Assembly: GCA_040220235.1 (NCBI GenBank)
Contig: JAVJTO010000163.1
Length of the DNA stretch: 64,000 bases
Strand: one strand, 5' to 3'
Origin: Coleofasciculus sp. B1-GNL1-01
Lineage (GTDB): Bacteria > Cyanobacteriota > Cyanobacteriia > Cyanobacteriales > Coleofasciculaceae
Shown in pieces: positions 21,102 to 32,788 of this stretch (position 1 is its first letter; each line of letters begins with the position of its first letter). The position numbers and the translations under genes are program-made. The notes under the pieces were generated by a model. That model searched no databases, was not told where the DNA came from, and was given only the letters and a program-made list of their open reading frames with translations.

Positions 21102-22409
21102 ATGAGCAATAATGAGACTCTCCCACGGCATAGTAAACCCCTGCGATTGTCGATTGTGACTCAGTTTTATCCCCCTGATTATGCCGCAACCGGACAGCTT
21201 ATTGAAGAACTTGCTGTTGAATTGGGAAAACAGGGTTTGTTGGTGCGAGTGTTTACTGGACAACCTGGTTATGCATTTCACAGCCAGTCAGCACCAGCGA
21301 GGGAGTATTTCCAGCGACTGATAATTCAGCGATCGCGAGCGACTCGGATTTGGTCGAAACGTATTCGCGGCAAAGCCCTCAATGGGCTACTCTTTTGTCT
21401 GCGAGCTGGACTTCATTTACTTAAAACCAGTAGTCATGGAGACATACTTCTGTTAACTACTGCTCCTCCTTTTTTACCCATTCTCGGATACTTAGCCAAA
21501 AAGTTATTTGGACTCCCCTATGTTTGTTTAGTCTACGATTTATATCCAGATGTTGCTGTCGAACTCAACGTTGTTCCCCATCGCCACTGGTTAGTTCGAC
21601 TCTGGAATACAGTGAACTGCCATATATGGAAACAAGCCCAACAAATTATTGTTTTGAGTCCTTCGATGAAGAATCGAGTCGTTAGCAAATGTCCCCAACT
21701 TAAGGATAAAATTACTGTTATTCATAATTGGGCAGATGCCAATTGGATTGTACCAATTGCCAAACAGGATAATTGGTTTGCCCAGACGTTCAATCTAGTT
21801 GATAGGTTTACCGTACTCTATTCCGGAAACATGGGTCGCTGTCATGATATGGAGACTATTCTAGAAACCGCTAAATTGTTACAAGATGATCCAATCCTAT
21901 TTGTTTTTATTGGCAATGGCGCTAAACGTGAAGCCTTTGAAGCCAAAATTCATCAGCTTGGCTTAACGAATTGCCGCTTTTTACCCTATCAAGATAAACA
22001 AAACCTACCCTATTCACTCACCGCAGGAGACTTATCGTTAGTCAGTATCAGTCCAGGGATGGAAGGCTTAGTCGCCCCCAGCAAACTTTACGCCGCCTTA
22101 GCTGCAGGGCGTCCAATCGCCGCAATTTGCGAACCCCAGTCTTATTTGCAAGGGATTGTGACTGAGGCGCAATGCGGTGCAGCGTTCAGTAACGGCGATG
22201 CAGGGGGTTTGGCAGAGTTTATTCGAGGCTTGTCTACGGATGAACCATTAGTTAAGCGTATGGGTGAAGCTGGTCGTCGTTATTTACAATCCAATTTTAC
22301 CCCTGATTTGATTGCACAAGAATACTCAAAGTTATTGCATCAATCTGTATTTAAGGGTTGGGAATCATCAGAAGTTTCCGTTCAGTATTCCAGCATTCGG
22401 TGGAAATAA
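21102..22409 (+). CDS. Glycosyltransferase family 4 (WcaI-like)
   Basis: QFYPPDYAATG, DLYPD, YSGNMG and PSKLY motifs. Confidence 0.9.
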   Translation: MSNNETLPRHSKPLRLSIVTQFYPPDYAATGQLIEELAVELGKQGLLVRVFTGQPGYAFHSQSAPAREYFQRLIIQRSRATRIWSKRIRGKALNGLLFCLRAGLHLLKTSSHGDILLLTTAPPFLPILGYLAKKLFGLPYVCLVYDLYPDVAVELNVVPHRHWLVRLWNTVNCHIWKQAQQIIVLSPSMKNRVVSKCPQLKDKITVIHNWADANWIVPIAKQDNWFAQTFNLVDRFTVLYSGNMGRCHDMETILETAKLLQDDPILFVFIGNGAKREAFEAKIHQLGLTNCRFLPYQDKQNLPYSLTAGDLSLVSISPGMEGLVAPSKLYAALAAGRPIAAICEPQSYLQGIVTEAQCGAAFSNGDAGGLAEFIRGLSTDEPLVKRMGEAGRRYLQSNFTPDLIAQEYSKLLHQSVFKGWESSEVSVQYSSIRWK

Positions 22410-22515
22410 TCAGCCAAACCGGGGGAGCCAAACTGTAGGGGCAGGTTTTACCAATAATGTTTTGGCACTAACTGATAACTGAACTGAACCCGCCCTTCTA
22501 GGAACCTATAGCCGC

Positions 22516-23295
<780 letters not shown>

Positions 23296-23325
23296 TTAAC
23301 TGAAGTCAGCTCTTAGCATTTTGCA

Positions 23326-24854
23326 GTGACATCCTCCTACACTGACCTTATAGGTATAGTGTAAGCTTCCTTTGTCGCCGTCTTACGAGGGCGCCTCCGG
23401 CGTTTTCTAGTTGGGAATATGCCCAGCCCAACTCTCTTGATATTGATCGCCGCATTCCAATCTCTATCCAATACAAATCCACATAAACATTCGTGGATTC
23501 TAACTGATAAATCTTTTTGGTGGTAGCGGTTACAACAAGAGCATACTTGGCTTGTGTCATGGGGTTTTACCTTCACCACTGTCTTACCAGCTTTCGCAGC
23601 TTTGTAAACAAGAATTGACAGGAATTGACCCCAGCCAGCATCATTAATTGATTTATTTAAACCTGACTTTGCACTCTGCCCATTTGGTATATACCTTCCT
23701 TGTTCATCCTGTTTTGGTCTATTTTTTCGGGATAGATTCCCTGGTTTGATATCCTCTACAAAGAACACTTTTTCATCCCGGTAACCCAAGCGCGTCGCCG
23801 ATTCATAATGGAATTGCTTTCGCTGTCTCGCCGGCTTTTGGTGATGCTTGGATATCTTTTTGGCAAGTTTCCGCCGTGGCGCCGACTTATGCGGCTTTCC
23901 ATCCTTACGTTTGGCAAGCCGCGCCAGCTTCTGTTCACTTCGGCGGTAATGCTGAACAATCGGCTCGACTTCCCCATCCGATGCTGTCCAGAATTTTTCG
24001 AGTCCTACGTCCAATCCAAGGGAATTCTCCTCTGTTGCTTCTATCTCTGGTAACTTCAAATTGGGAACGCTTTTGTCTTCCAACGTCAAACACACGTACC
24101 AGCCATCTGCCCGACGCGAGATCAGCGCCGCCTTAATCGTAAACCCGTCTGGGATTGGACGATGATAGATCACTTTTACCTGACCCACTTTGGGTAAGTT
24201 GATATAGGCAATATCCCGCCGACGTTCCCCGTTCTTGCGCCGATACGGGTTAACAATCACACTCAGGCAATCTGACTTCAATTGCGGCATACAAAACGTC
24301 CGGTATCGCCGCACTGATTTAAACCGAGGTTTGCCGCTCCGTTTCCCTTTTAAATCCCCCTTGATGTACCGATTAAACGTATCTTCTACCCGTTTAATCG
24401 CCTCCTGAATAACTTGGGAGTGGATTCCTTTATATAGTTTGCCGTGGGACTCCCGCGACCAATGGTTTGCTCGTTTTTGTGAATAGTATGAAGGTGGGTC
24501 TTTCAGTTCCGGTAAATGAGTGACGAAAATTGGGCAAGCATTGACAGGTGAGCGATTGCACGCCCACCATTTAAACCGTTCTGAAAGCATCAAATTGTGG
24601 ATATGACATAGTTTGTATAGCCATTCCTTTAGCTGGCTTAACTGTTGCTTGTTTGGCACAATCCGATACTGATAGTTCAGTTTAAATGTATCTTTGCTTC
24701 GCTTCAATTATTGTCACCTCCTTTGTGGTAGTTATTATACTATGCTTGTGGCAAGTATTCAGGACAAAAAGGAAACAAGTTTCCTCTCGCTGTCGATTCA
24801 TCTCACGCTCTATCGAAGATTAGAGCGCGAGATGAATCGCCAGATAAGCTAAAA
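23326..24854 (-). mobile_element. IS200/IS605-family (IS1341-like, tnpB-only) element
   Basis: Left-end hairpin 24794-24839; right-end hairpin ~23338-23363 ending ...GAGGATGTCAC at 23326; inserted between divergent fabG and trx. Confidence 0.85.
23337..24707 (-). CDS. tnpB: RNA-guided endonuclease TnpB
   Basis: RuvC residues GLDVG, VEDI and DRDWNAA; zinc finger CSCC..CLCG; GGAGGTG RBS before the TTG start. Confidence 0.93.
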   Translation of the reverse strand: MKRSKDTFKLNYQYRIVPNKQQLSQLKEWLYKLCHIHNLMLSERFKWWACNRSPVNACPIFVTHLPELKDPPSYYSQKRANHWSRESHGKLYKGIHSQVIQEAIKRVEDTFNRYIKGDLKGKRSGKPRFKSVRRYRTFCMPQLKSDCLSVIVNPYRRKNGERRRDIAYINLPKVGQVKVIYHRPIPDGFTIKAALISRRADGWYVCLTLEDKSVPNLKLPEIEATEENSLGLDVGLEKFWTASDGEVEPIVQHYRRSEQKLARLAKRKDGKPHKSAPRRKLAKKISKHHQKPARQRKQFHYESATRLGYRDEKVFFVEDIKPGNLSRKNRPKQDEQGRYIPNGQSAKSGLNKSINDAGWGQFLSILVYKAAKAGKTVVKVKPHDTSQVCSCCNRYHQKDLSVRIHECLCGFVLDRDWNAAINIKRVGLGIFPTRKRRRRPRKTATKEAYTIPIRSV

Positions 24855-24889
24855 TCGAGCCAAACCACCAATCACCATGATGTTTTGTT

Positions 24890-25207
24890 ATGGCAGTTAA
24901 AAAACAGTTTGCCAGTTTTCAGGAACTCCTCTCTGGATCGGATGTACCCGTATTGGTCGATTTTTACGCGACCTGGTGTGGTCCATGTCAGATGATCGCA
25001 CCGACCCTCGAGCAAGTCGGTCTTCAGCTCAAGGGTAAGCTACAAGTGGTCAAAATTGATACAGACAAATACCCCCAGATTGCCTCTGAGCATCATATTG
25101 AAGCCCTGCCCACCTTGGTACTCTTTAAAGATGGCAAAGCGGTGGAACGGATTGAGGGGGTTGTCTCCGACAAGCAGCTTATGGAACGACTACAACCTTT
25201 ACTTTAA
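24890..25207 (+). CDS. trxA: Thioredoxin (probably y-type)
   Basis: WCGPC active site. Confidence 0.9.
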   Translation: MAVKKQFASFQELLSGSDVPVLVDFYATWCGPCQMIAPTLEQVGLQLKGKLQVVKIDTDKYPQIASEHHIEALPTLVLFKDGKAVERIEGVVSDKQLMERLQPLL

Positions 25208-25279
25208 ACAACCACAGAGACGTTCCGCCGGAACGTCTCTACCCAGGCGGAACTTGGTCTCAATATCCCTTGATCAACT

Positions 25280-26008
25280 TCAGGATGCTGTCGTCGATTC
25301 TGGGGAATCACTGGGCGGAGTCGTGGCTTTATTCTTTTTCTCCTGTTCCCGTTGTTCCCGTTTTTTGCGATCGGCTTTAATCGCGTCTTCAAGGACAATC
25401 TGGGCTTGAGCCATTTTTTCCAGGTTGCTGCGATACAACTCCAAGTCTTTCTGTAATTTCTCTTGGGGAAGATGCAACGTTTGACCGATTTGCTGGAGCA
25501 TTTCCATCGACTTTTTCGCGTCTTGAACTAGCTCCGGTTCTGCCTGTTCCAGAAGGGTATACAAGCCAATGGCAAACAGACGAGAGTATTTAAACTTAGG
25601 ATTATCTGCGATCGCGGCAACCGTGGTATGAATATCCTCAGCCCCCTCTAGGGGTGTTGGTGAACCAAACCAGTCAACCAATTCTTGCGCCGATAAACGC
25701 CCCAATGCCGCTTTCAGTTTTTCAGCATCATCCTGATACTGTTGCGGATGACCTCCCACTGCCTGACAAAGGGCGTTAAAAATGGATTCTTTATCGCGTT
25801 CCGGTCGATAGCCTTGCATGAAACGATTAAAGGATGCAACCACACCTAAGGCATAGATGGGATCATACTTAAAATCCACATTGACCGCCAGCAAATGCAT
25901 CTCGACCATCAATTCTTCTACCACCCGTCGGTAAATCGAGTTGATTGGACGGGTGTGATAGTTATAAAAATCCCGTTTTGTATCCGAGACGGTGCGAACG
26001 TTACTCAC
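25280..26008 (-). CDS. psb29: Photosystem II biogenesis protein Psb29/Thf1
   Basis: RTVSDTKRDF..RPINSIYRRVVEELMVEMHLL and YSRLFAIGL motifs. Confidence 0.95.
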   Translation of the reverse strand: MSNVRTVSDTKRDFYNYHTRPINSIYRRVVEELMVEMHLLAVNVDFKYDPIYALGVVASFNRFMQGYRPERDKESIFNALCQAVGGHPQQYQDDAEKLKAALGRLSAQELVDWFGSPTPLEGAEDIHTTVAAIADNPKFKYSRLFAIGLYTLLEQAEPELVQDAKKSMEMLQQIGQTLHLPQEKLQKDLELYRSNLEKMAQAQIVLEDAIKADRKKREQREQEKKNKATTPPSDSPESTTAS

Positions 26009-26186
26009 AGAGCAAAATATAAAGGATATTTTTTACCATTGTCTCGCTTGAGTTTCACTCTAGGGGATAGAGTCTCAATCGAGTCATTCCTTCCATCTTA
26101 CCAGTTTATTTCCACCAGCCCACTTAGTATAATGTTTCTTGGCTTGACCTAACTCAATTTAGTTTGTTGATGTTAATCCTCGACTC

Positions 26187-26801
26187 ATGACTCTACCGCC
26201 AGAACTGATCACCCTGGCAAGCTATATGGCTGGTAAATTTGACAACCAACAACAGGCGTTGGCTGAACCCGTCTGGTATGTTCACTTACACCTCTGGCAA
26301 CGACCGATTCCTTTGTTTAGCGACGATAGCCTCACCCTCTTTGCCGAACAAGCGCCGATTACTAACCTCGATCGCCCCTACCGTCAACGGATTCTGCGGC
26401 TGTGTCAAAGTGACCAATCCTCCACGGGGTTACAGGTACAGTATTATCAGATCAAAAATCCAGACGCCGTTCGCGGTGCAGGTTGCCATCCCGAATTGTT
26501 GCAGCAGCTTACCCGCGAAGATATTATAGGTTTACCCGATTGCCGTCTGAACGTGCAGATGCAGCAAATTGGTTTCAATAATTATGAATTTACGACCACT
26601 TCAGCCAGCGATCGCCCTTGTCGCTTTAGTTATCAGGGCAATACTTACCAAGTCTCTCTCGGCTTTGAAGTAACAGCCGATGAATTTCGCAGCTACGATA
26701 AAGGCATCGACCCTAGTACCGGAAAAGCCACTTGGGGAGCCTTACTCGGTCCATTTCGATTTACCAAACGCCAAGACTTCGCTGGGGAACTGCCACTATA
26801 A
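26187..26801 (+). CDS. cpcT: CpcT/CpeT-family chromophore lyase
   Basis: FDNQQQA..PVWYVH, RPYRQR and SYDKG..WG motifs. Confidence 0.8.
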   Translation: MTLPPELITLASYMAGKFDNQQQALAEPVWYVHLHLWQRPIPLFSDDSLTLFAEQAPITNLDRPYRQRILRLCQSDQSSTGLQVQYYQIKNPDAVRGAGCHPELLQQLTREDIIGLPDCRLNVQMQQIGFNNYEFTTTSASDRPCRFSYQGNTYQVSLGFEVTADEFRSYDKGIDPSTGKATWGALLGPFRFTKRQDFAGELPL

Positions 26802-26896
26802 TCGGTTAAGTTGCTGACTTGATCGGGACTGTTCTCCTGTACAGGTTGTTTGGGAGTGAACGACCTACATCAAAACTTGGGTATGAATCCCTTGCG

Positions 26897-27265
26897 TCAG
26901 GTTGCCATACTCCGAGGTACACCTTCTAAAGCTTCTTGCTCTGTTTCAAAAATTTCAAACACGGAGTCCATCATCGTGACTTCAAACACCAGTTTGGCTT
27001 CGGGATGGACATTACAGATGCGAAAGCTACCTTTAACCTTATCCGCATCGCGCATACCCGCGACTAGAGAGGTTAAACCCGAACTGTCAATAAAGTTAAC
27101 CTGACTGAGATTAACCACCACATGGCGGCTGAGTTTGGAAATACATTCTTGTAATTTCAGGCGAAATTGCCAAGCTGTGGTAATGTCCAGACGTCCAATT
27201 GGCGCTAAGACAATAACCGTTGTACCATCTTTGGTCGTGTGTGTTTTTTGATCAATATGAATCAT
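26897..27265 (-). CDS. STAS-domain anti-sigma factor antagonist
   Basis: GRLDITTA and FIDSSGL; probable start MIHIDQ with an upstream GGAGG. Confidence 0.9.
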   Translation of the reverse strand: MIHIDQKTHTTKDGTTVIVLAPIGRLDITTAWQFRLKLQECISKLSRHVVVNLSQVNFIDSSGLTSLVAGMRDADKVKGSFRICNVHPEAKLVFEVTMMDSVFEIFETEQEALEGVPRSMAT

Positions 27266-27675
27266 TAAAGACCTCCTTGAGCAGCAGTAGCTCCCCTTGA
27301 CATCACAAGAGGAGCCATACAGGGTTTGGGTATCAATTCCGTTACTTTGGCGTTGGGTGAATTGTTGAAACAACAAGTAACTTAATCGGGCAACCTACGC
27401 TACTTAATCCATTACAAAAGACTTACCCAAAGTTCCCCAAAACTGGACATCCTTGGGAGTACAGGCTTGGTTACCAAGCCCCTACGGTTCCTGCTTCATC
27501 CTAGCAGTGATGGCACTTAACCAGTCCACAGGCTTAACATCGGGTGTAACTCACCCTAGAAGGATTGCCAGGGTGGTTTTTGCGTTAGCAATCTCTTCTG
27601 TATTGTACATATTCCCAAGTGAGGTCAGGACAAAGTGGACGCTATTTTTGTGCCAAATTTTGGTAAAGATGACTC

Positions 27676-28704
27676 TCAATGAGTCCAGTTTGTCCAATCT
27701 TGAGGTTTGAGGAACGTTTCGTACAGTTCAGCCTCTGGTGTATTCGGTTCGGGTTGGTAGCCATATTCCCAACGCACTAAGGGAGGGAGAGACATGAGAA
27801 TCGATTCGGTACGCCCGTTCGTTTGCAAGCCAAAGATCGTTCCTCTGTCATACACCAAGTTAAACTCGACATACCGACCCCGACGATAAAGCTGGAAATT
27901 GCGTTCGCGATCGCCATACTCCATTCCCCGCCGCCGCTCGACAATTGGCAAATACGCTGGCAAAAACGAATGACCGCACTCCTGTACCCAGGCAAACAGT
28001 TGTTCCCAGGTTCGGGGTTCTACCGCCCCCAGTTCCTTGCTGTAGAGGGCTGCTGCTTTTTCTGGGTGGGGACCTTTATACAATTCCCCGGTTCCGTCTT
28101 GATAGTCAAAAAACAGTCCGCCAACGCCTCGTGTTTCTTTACGGTGTTTGAGATAGAAATATTCATCACACCAGCGCTTGAATACGGGATAGTACTCGGA
28201 GTGATGATTGTCACAGGCGGCTTTTAGGGTTTTATGGAAATGAGCCGCATCTTCGGCAAAGGGGTAGTATGGGGTTAAATCGGCTCCTCCACCAAACCAC
28301 CAAACCGGTCCCGCCTCAAAGTAACGATAATTTAAGTGAACCGTGGGAATATAGGGACTGCGCGGATGTAGCACCATAGATGTACCCGTGGCATAGAATC
28401 CATGACCTGCGGCTTCTGGACGTTGGGTTAAAATCGAGGGCGGCAGCTGAGTCCCCCATACTTCAGAAAAATTAACACCCCCCTGTTCAAAGACAGCGCC
28501 ATCCCGGATTACACGAGAACGACCCCCGCCTCCTTCTTCCCGCTGCCAAGAATCTTCCTGGAACTGACCCGCACCATCAAGTTCTGCCAAGGATTCACAA
28601 ATAGTGTCTTGGATCTGTTGCATGAACTGCTTCACTCTATCCCTAGAGTCAGGAGCAGGTAAGGAACGATTAGGATTTGTGGTCGGTGTCTGAGCTGCGG
28701 TCAT
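27676..28704 (-). CDS. hemF: Oxygen-dependent coproporphyrinogen III oxidase
   Basis: [18 protein letters not shown] and [10 protein letters not shown] motifs. Confidence 0.97.
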   Translation of the reverse strand: MTAAQTPTTNPNRSLPAPDSRDRVKQFMQQIQDTICESLAELDGAGQFQEDSWQREEGGGGRSRVIRDGAVFEQGGVNFSEVWGTQLPPSILTQRPEAAGHGFYATGTSMVLHPRSPYIPTVHLNYRYFEAGPVWWFGGGADLTPYYPFAEDAAHFHKTLKAACDNHHSEYYPVFKRWCDEYFYLKHRKETRGVGGLFFDYQDGTGELYKGPHPEKAAALYSKELGAVEPRTWEQLFAWVQECGHSFLPAYLPIVERRRGMEYGDRERNFQLYRRGRYVEFNLVYDRGTIFGLQTNGRTESILMSLPPLVRWEYGYQPEPNTPEAELYETFLKPQDWTNWTH

Positions 28705-28877
28705 AATTTCAATAGTAGTAATACAGTAGGCATTTTAAGGGTTCCAGGCTTATATTTTACAGGTTTGTGCTGAGTTGGGGACTTGATTGTGCCATCCACC
28801 ACAATTGTGCCAACAGGGAAAGGCGTCATTGGTTTTATATTCATCAGAACCGTGGCTTGCCGAATGTAAGATAAACA

Positions 28878-29390
28878 TTGCTGAAGCGTCGCGACAGGAG
28901 GCGTGTTGTGATCCTAAATTTTTCTTTTAAGTTAATTGCTGGTCAAGAGGGGCTTTGGTTCAAATTTTCCCTCTTTCGGACTTATCGCGCCCTCAGTAAT
29001 GCTCCGGTGGATGTTCTTTGGCAAAAATTAATCAATTTGGCAGATGTTTCCTGGAATCCTTTGCTCTGTAGTACCAATGCCCCTAGAGGCTTAATCCCGA
29101 AACCTGGCTTGATTTACCAGGTGGTAACGCGCTTGATTCCGATTCCAGTGCGAGTTTTTGTCGAACGGGTATTGCCGGGTGAATTAATCAGCGTCCGAAT
29201 GTTGGCAATTCCGGGGGTGGAAAATCGAGTGACGTATCGAGTGGAGTCAGGTTTGTGCGGGACGTATGTATCCTTTTCGGTGACAATGCGGGGATGGCTA
29301 TCTCCTTTACTATGGTGGTTTATTCGTCCCTACGCTGCCCGTGTCGCGGCTGAATTAGCTCAAGCGGCAGAACAGGGAGTGGTTATTTAG
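28878..29390 (+). CDS. SRPBCC/polyketide cyclase-like protein
   Basis: APVDVLWQKLINLADVSW START-like pattern; start uncertain. Confidence 0.7.
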   Translation: MLKRRDRRRVVILNFSFKLIAGQEGLWFKFSLFRTYRALSNAPVDVLWQKLINLADVSWNPLLCSTNAPRGLIPKPGLIYQVVTRLIPIPVRVFVERVLPGELISVRMLAIPGVENRVTYRVESGLCGTYVSFSVTMRGWLSPLLWWFIRPYAARVAAELAQAAEQGVVI

Positions 29391-29590
29391 AGGGTGATGG
29401 GAAGCTGGGGGAGTTGGGGAAGCAATGTAGAGACGTGCCATGGCACGTCTGGAAGCTGGGGGAGTTGGCGAAGATAGGAAGCGAATAAATGACGAATGAC
29501 AAATAACGAATGAGCAATCAGCCGTAACCTATTAAGATTGATGAAGATGTTTGTCCCAGCACATTGTCACCCTAGGAACTTGTCCTAATT

Positions 29591-30658
29591 ATGGTTGATA
29601 CCCATTCAGTTTTAGACGTACTACGCCCCGTGCAAGACCCTGAACTCCAAAAGAGTTTGGTGGAATTGAATATGATCCGCAACGTGAAAATCGACGGCGG
29701 GACGGTTAGCTTTACACTGGTGTTAACCACACCAGCCTGTCCGTTGCGAGAGTTTATTGTGGAGGATTGCCAAAAGGCGGTGAAGCAGCTTCCGGATGTG
29801 GAAGAGGTTGTGGTGGATGTGACAGCAGAGACACCGCAGCAGCAATCGTTACCCGATCGCCAAGGGATTGATGGCGTGAAAAATCTAGTCGCGATTTCCA
29901 GTGGGAAGGGCGGTGTGGGCAAAAGTACCGTGGCGGTGAATGTGGCAGTTGCCCTCGCCCAGACGGGAGCCAAGGTGGGTCTGATTGATGCTGATATTTA
30001 TGGACCTAATACCGCCGCGATGCTTGGATTAGCGGATGCCAAGGTGATGGTGCAACAGGGTTCTCAAGGAGAGGTACTCGAACCTGCCTTTAACCATGGC
30101 ATTAAATTGGTGTCGATGGCATTTCTGATTGATCCCGATCAGCCCGTAATTTGGCGCGGACCAATGTTAAATGGTATTATTCGCCAGTTTCTGTACCAGG
30201 TGAATTGGGGAGAACTGGATTATCTGATTGTGGATATGCCACCGGGAACCGGAGATGCTCAGTTGACTTTAGCCCAAGCTGTACCTATGGCGGGGGCGAT
30301 TATTGTGACAACGCCGCAAAATGTAGCTCTCTTGGACTCCCGGCGCGGTTTGAAGATGTTCCAGCAATTAGGAGTTCCGGTATTGGGCATTGTTGAAAAC
30401 ATGAGTTATTTTATTCCACCGGATCTGCCTGATCGCCAGTATGATCTGTTCGGGTCGGGTGGCGGTGAAAAAACCGCTCAGGAATTAGAGATACCTTTGC
30501 TGGGATGTATTCCCCTAGAAATTAACCTGCGGCAAGGGGGCGATCGCGGTTTACCCATTGTTGTGGCTGAACCGGAGTCGGCATCAGCTCAAGCGCTGAT
30601 CGCGATCGCCAAGGCGATTGCGGCAAAAGTGTCTGTTGCTGCCCTAAGCCGCCATTGA
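29591..30658 (+). CDS. mrp: Mrp/ApbC Fe-S carrier ATPase
   Basis: DPEL..TTPACP, SGKGGVGKST, DADIYGP and DMPPGTGD motifs. Confidence 0.93.
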   Translation: MVDTHSVLDVLRPVQDPELQKSLVELNMIRNVKIDGGTVSFTLVLTTPACPLREFIVEDCQKAVKQLPDVEEVVVDVTAETPQQQSLPDRQGIDGVKNLVAISSGKGGVGKSTVAVNVAVALAQTGAKVGLIDADIYGPNTAAMLGLADAKVMVQQGSQGEVLEPAFNHGIKLVSMAFLIDPDQPVIWRGPMLNGIIRQFLYQVNWGELDYLIVDMPPGTGDAQLTLAQAVPMAGAIIVTTPQNVALLDSRRGLKMFQQLGVPVLGIVENMSYFIPPDLPDRQYDLFGSGGGEKTAQELEIPLLGCIPLEINLRQGGDRGLPIVVAEPESASAQALIAIAKAIAAKVSVAALSRH

Positions 30659-30859
30659 ATGCTGATTAGAAACCCTAGGAGAAGACGGGGAAAAAGGAAT
30701 TATAGGGTTAAACTATAATACATTCTTCCCTATCCATCCTTATTTTAAACTAGCCTAGGATTTGATCAGGGATTATCCAAAATAGTTTGGAAAAATTCCT
30801 GAACAGGGCATCTTCAGAGCGCTAATTGCTAGAAACGTCAATCGCATTCCCCAACGATT

Positions 30860-32119
30860 ATGTTCCAAAAGTCATTGTCCCGTACCCAAATGCGCTGGCT
30901 TATGTTCCTGAGCCGATGGCAGGAACTAGACTGGCAGCTATTATTTGTTACCATAAGTCTCACCTTCCTCGGTGGCGTAATGATTCGCAGCGCCGAAATG
31001 AATGAGGGGCTAACTGATTGGTGGTGGCACTGGATCATTGGGGGTATTGGTTTAACGCTGTGTCTACTCATTGCGCGATCGCGTTATGAAATTTTACTCC
31101 AATGGCATTGGATGGTTTATGCGGTGACGAATATCGCGTTGTTTGCGGTGATGATTATGGGGACGACGGCAAATGGCGCACAACGATGGCTGAATATCCT
31201 AGGTTTTCACGTTCAACCCTCGGAATTTGCCAAAATTGGCTTGATTATCACCCTCGCCGCGATTATCCACTGGCAACCAGCTTCAACGTTAAATGCGGTA
31301 TTTCGCGTCTTAGCCATTGCGGCAGTTCCCTGGCTATTTGTATTTTTAGAGCCAAACTTGGGAACTTCATTGGTGTTTGGTGCGATTACGATGGGAATGC
31401 TCTATTGGGGAAATGCTAATCCCGGATGGCTCATCCTATTCGTGTCTCCCATCGTTTCCGCGATCATGTTCAATGTATTTTTGCCCGGATGGTTTGTCTG
31501 GGTAGGAGCGATGATGCTGATTGGTTGGCGGACTTTACCGTGGTCTTTCTTTGGTGGGATTGGAGCATTGGTTGCCAATGTGATTTCGGGGGGATTAGGA
31601 AACTTGCTGTGGGGATTACTTCAAGATTATCAAAAAGATCGATTGCTTCTTTTTTTAGATCCGGATAAAGATCCCTTAGGCGGCGGATATCACTTGATTC
31701 AGTCTCGAATTGCCATTGGCGCAGGTCAACTCACGGGAAGAGGACTGTATCAGGGGACGCAAACTCAACTCCACTTTATTCCGGAACAGCATACCGACTT
31801 TATCTTTTCTGCCATTGGCGAAGAACTCGGATTTATTGGTTGTTTGCTTGTCCTATTTACCTTTTGGCTATTTTGTTTACGGTTAGTGATTATTGCCCAA
31901 AATGCTAAGGATAACTTTGGCTCACTATTGGCAATTGGTGTCCTATCGATGATTGTGTTTCAAACGGTGATCAACATCGGCATGAATATTGGTTTAGCCC
32001 CGATTACCGGGATTCCACTACCGTTGTTAAGTTACGGGCGATCGGCATTACTAGCAAATTTTTTAGCGATTGGATTAGTGGAATCGGTTGCCAATCACCG
32101 ACACCGATTGAAGTTTTAG
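30860..32119 (+). CDS. rodA: Rod shape-determining protein RodA
   Basis: GAQRW, QPSEFAK, PEQHTDFIF and PLLSYG motifs. Confidence 0.93.
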   Translation: MFQKSLSRTQMRWLMFLSRWQELDWQLLFVTISLTFLGGVMIRSAEMNEGLTDWWWHWIIGGIGLTLCLLIARSRYEILLQWHWMVYAVTNIALFAVMIMGTTANGAQRWLNILGFHVQPSEFAKIGLIITLAAIIHWQPASTLNAVFRVLAIAAVPWLFVFLEPNLGTSLVFGAITMGMLYWGNANPGWLILFVSPIVSAIMFNVFLPGWFVWVGAMMLIGWRTLPWSFFGGIGALVANVISGGLGNLLWGLLQDYQKDRLLLFLDPDKDPLGGGYHLIQSRIAIGAGQLTGRGLYQGTQTQLHFIPEQHTDFIFSAIGEELGFIGCLLVLFTFWLFCLRLVIIAQNAKDNFGSLLAIGVLSMIVFQTVINIGMNIGLAPITGIPLPLLSYGRSALLANFLAIGLVESVANHRHRLKF

Positions 32120-32175
32120 TCATGGGTCATGGGTCATTGGTCATTGGTCATTGGTCATTTGTCATTTGTCCTTTG
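32118..32175. repeat. Heptamer STRR (GGTCATT/TGTCATT)
   Basis: Tandem 7-mers after the rodA stop; related tracts at ~8775, 9486, 29487, 32722, 47865 and 63563. Confidence 0.85.
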
Positions 32176-32346
32176 TAAGGGTAGGACTTAGGCAAATGCT
32201 CTATATGTAGGGTGTGTTAGCGTAGCGTAACGCACCTTGCTCAATATATAGGGTTTAGCTGCGTAAGGTTTGAGGACAAATTAGCTAAACTATCAACTAG
32301 CACATTATAGTAAGCTGAAGAGATAGAGATTTAGGGGTAAAAATTG

Positions 32347-32532
32347 ATGATTCTTCCTGGCTCAATTGTGCGCGTTATCAACGGCGATGACACTTACTAC
32401 AAATTTGAAGGGATAGTCCAGCGTATCGGTGATGGAAAAGCAGGTGTGCTGTTTGAAGGCGGCAACTGGGATAAAATTGTCACGTTCAATTTATCGGAAC
32501 TCGAAGAAGTGAACCCTAAAGGCAAAAAATAA
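32347..32532 (+). CDS. ndhS: NDH-1 subunit NdhS
   Basis: [37 protein letters not shown]. Confidence 0.92.
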   Translation: MILPGSIVRVINGDDTYYKFEGIVQRIGDGKAGVLFEGGNWDKIVTFNLSELEEVNPKGKK

Positions 32533-32788
32533 ACAGGACTTGTAACCTGTGACCAGTTAGAGCGAACCGAAATGATTCGTGAACCAGAATAGATTATTTT
32601 AAACACGGGAAAAAGACGGTTTTTATTATCTCTGTTTCCTGTCTAATCTTCTTGTCTGTTCACGTTTCATTAAATCTATCTATAAAAGAAATAGCCAATA
32701 CAGCAGCAGATTTTGTAACAAATGACAAATGACGAATGACGAATGACAAATGACGAATGACAAATGACGAATGACAAAGGACTAAACT

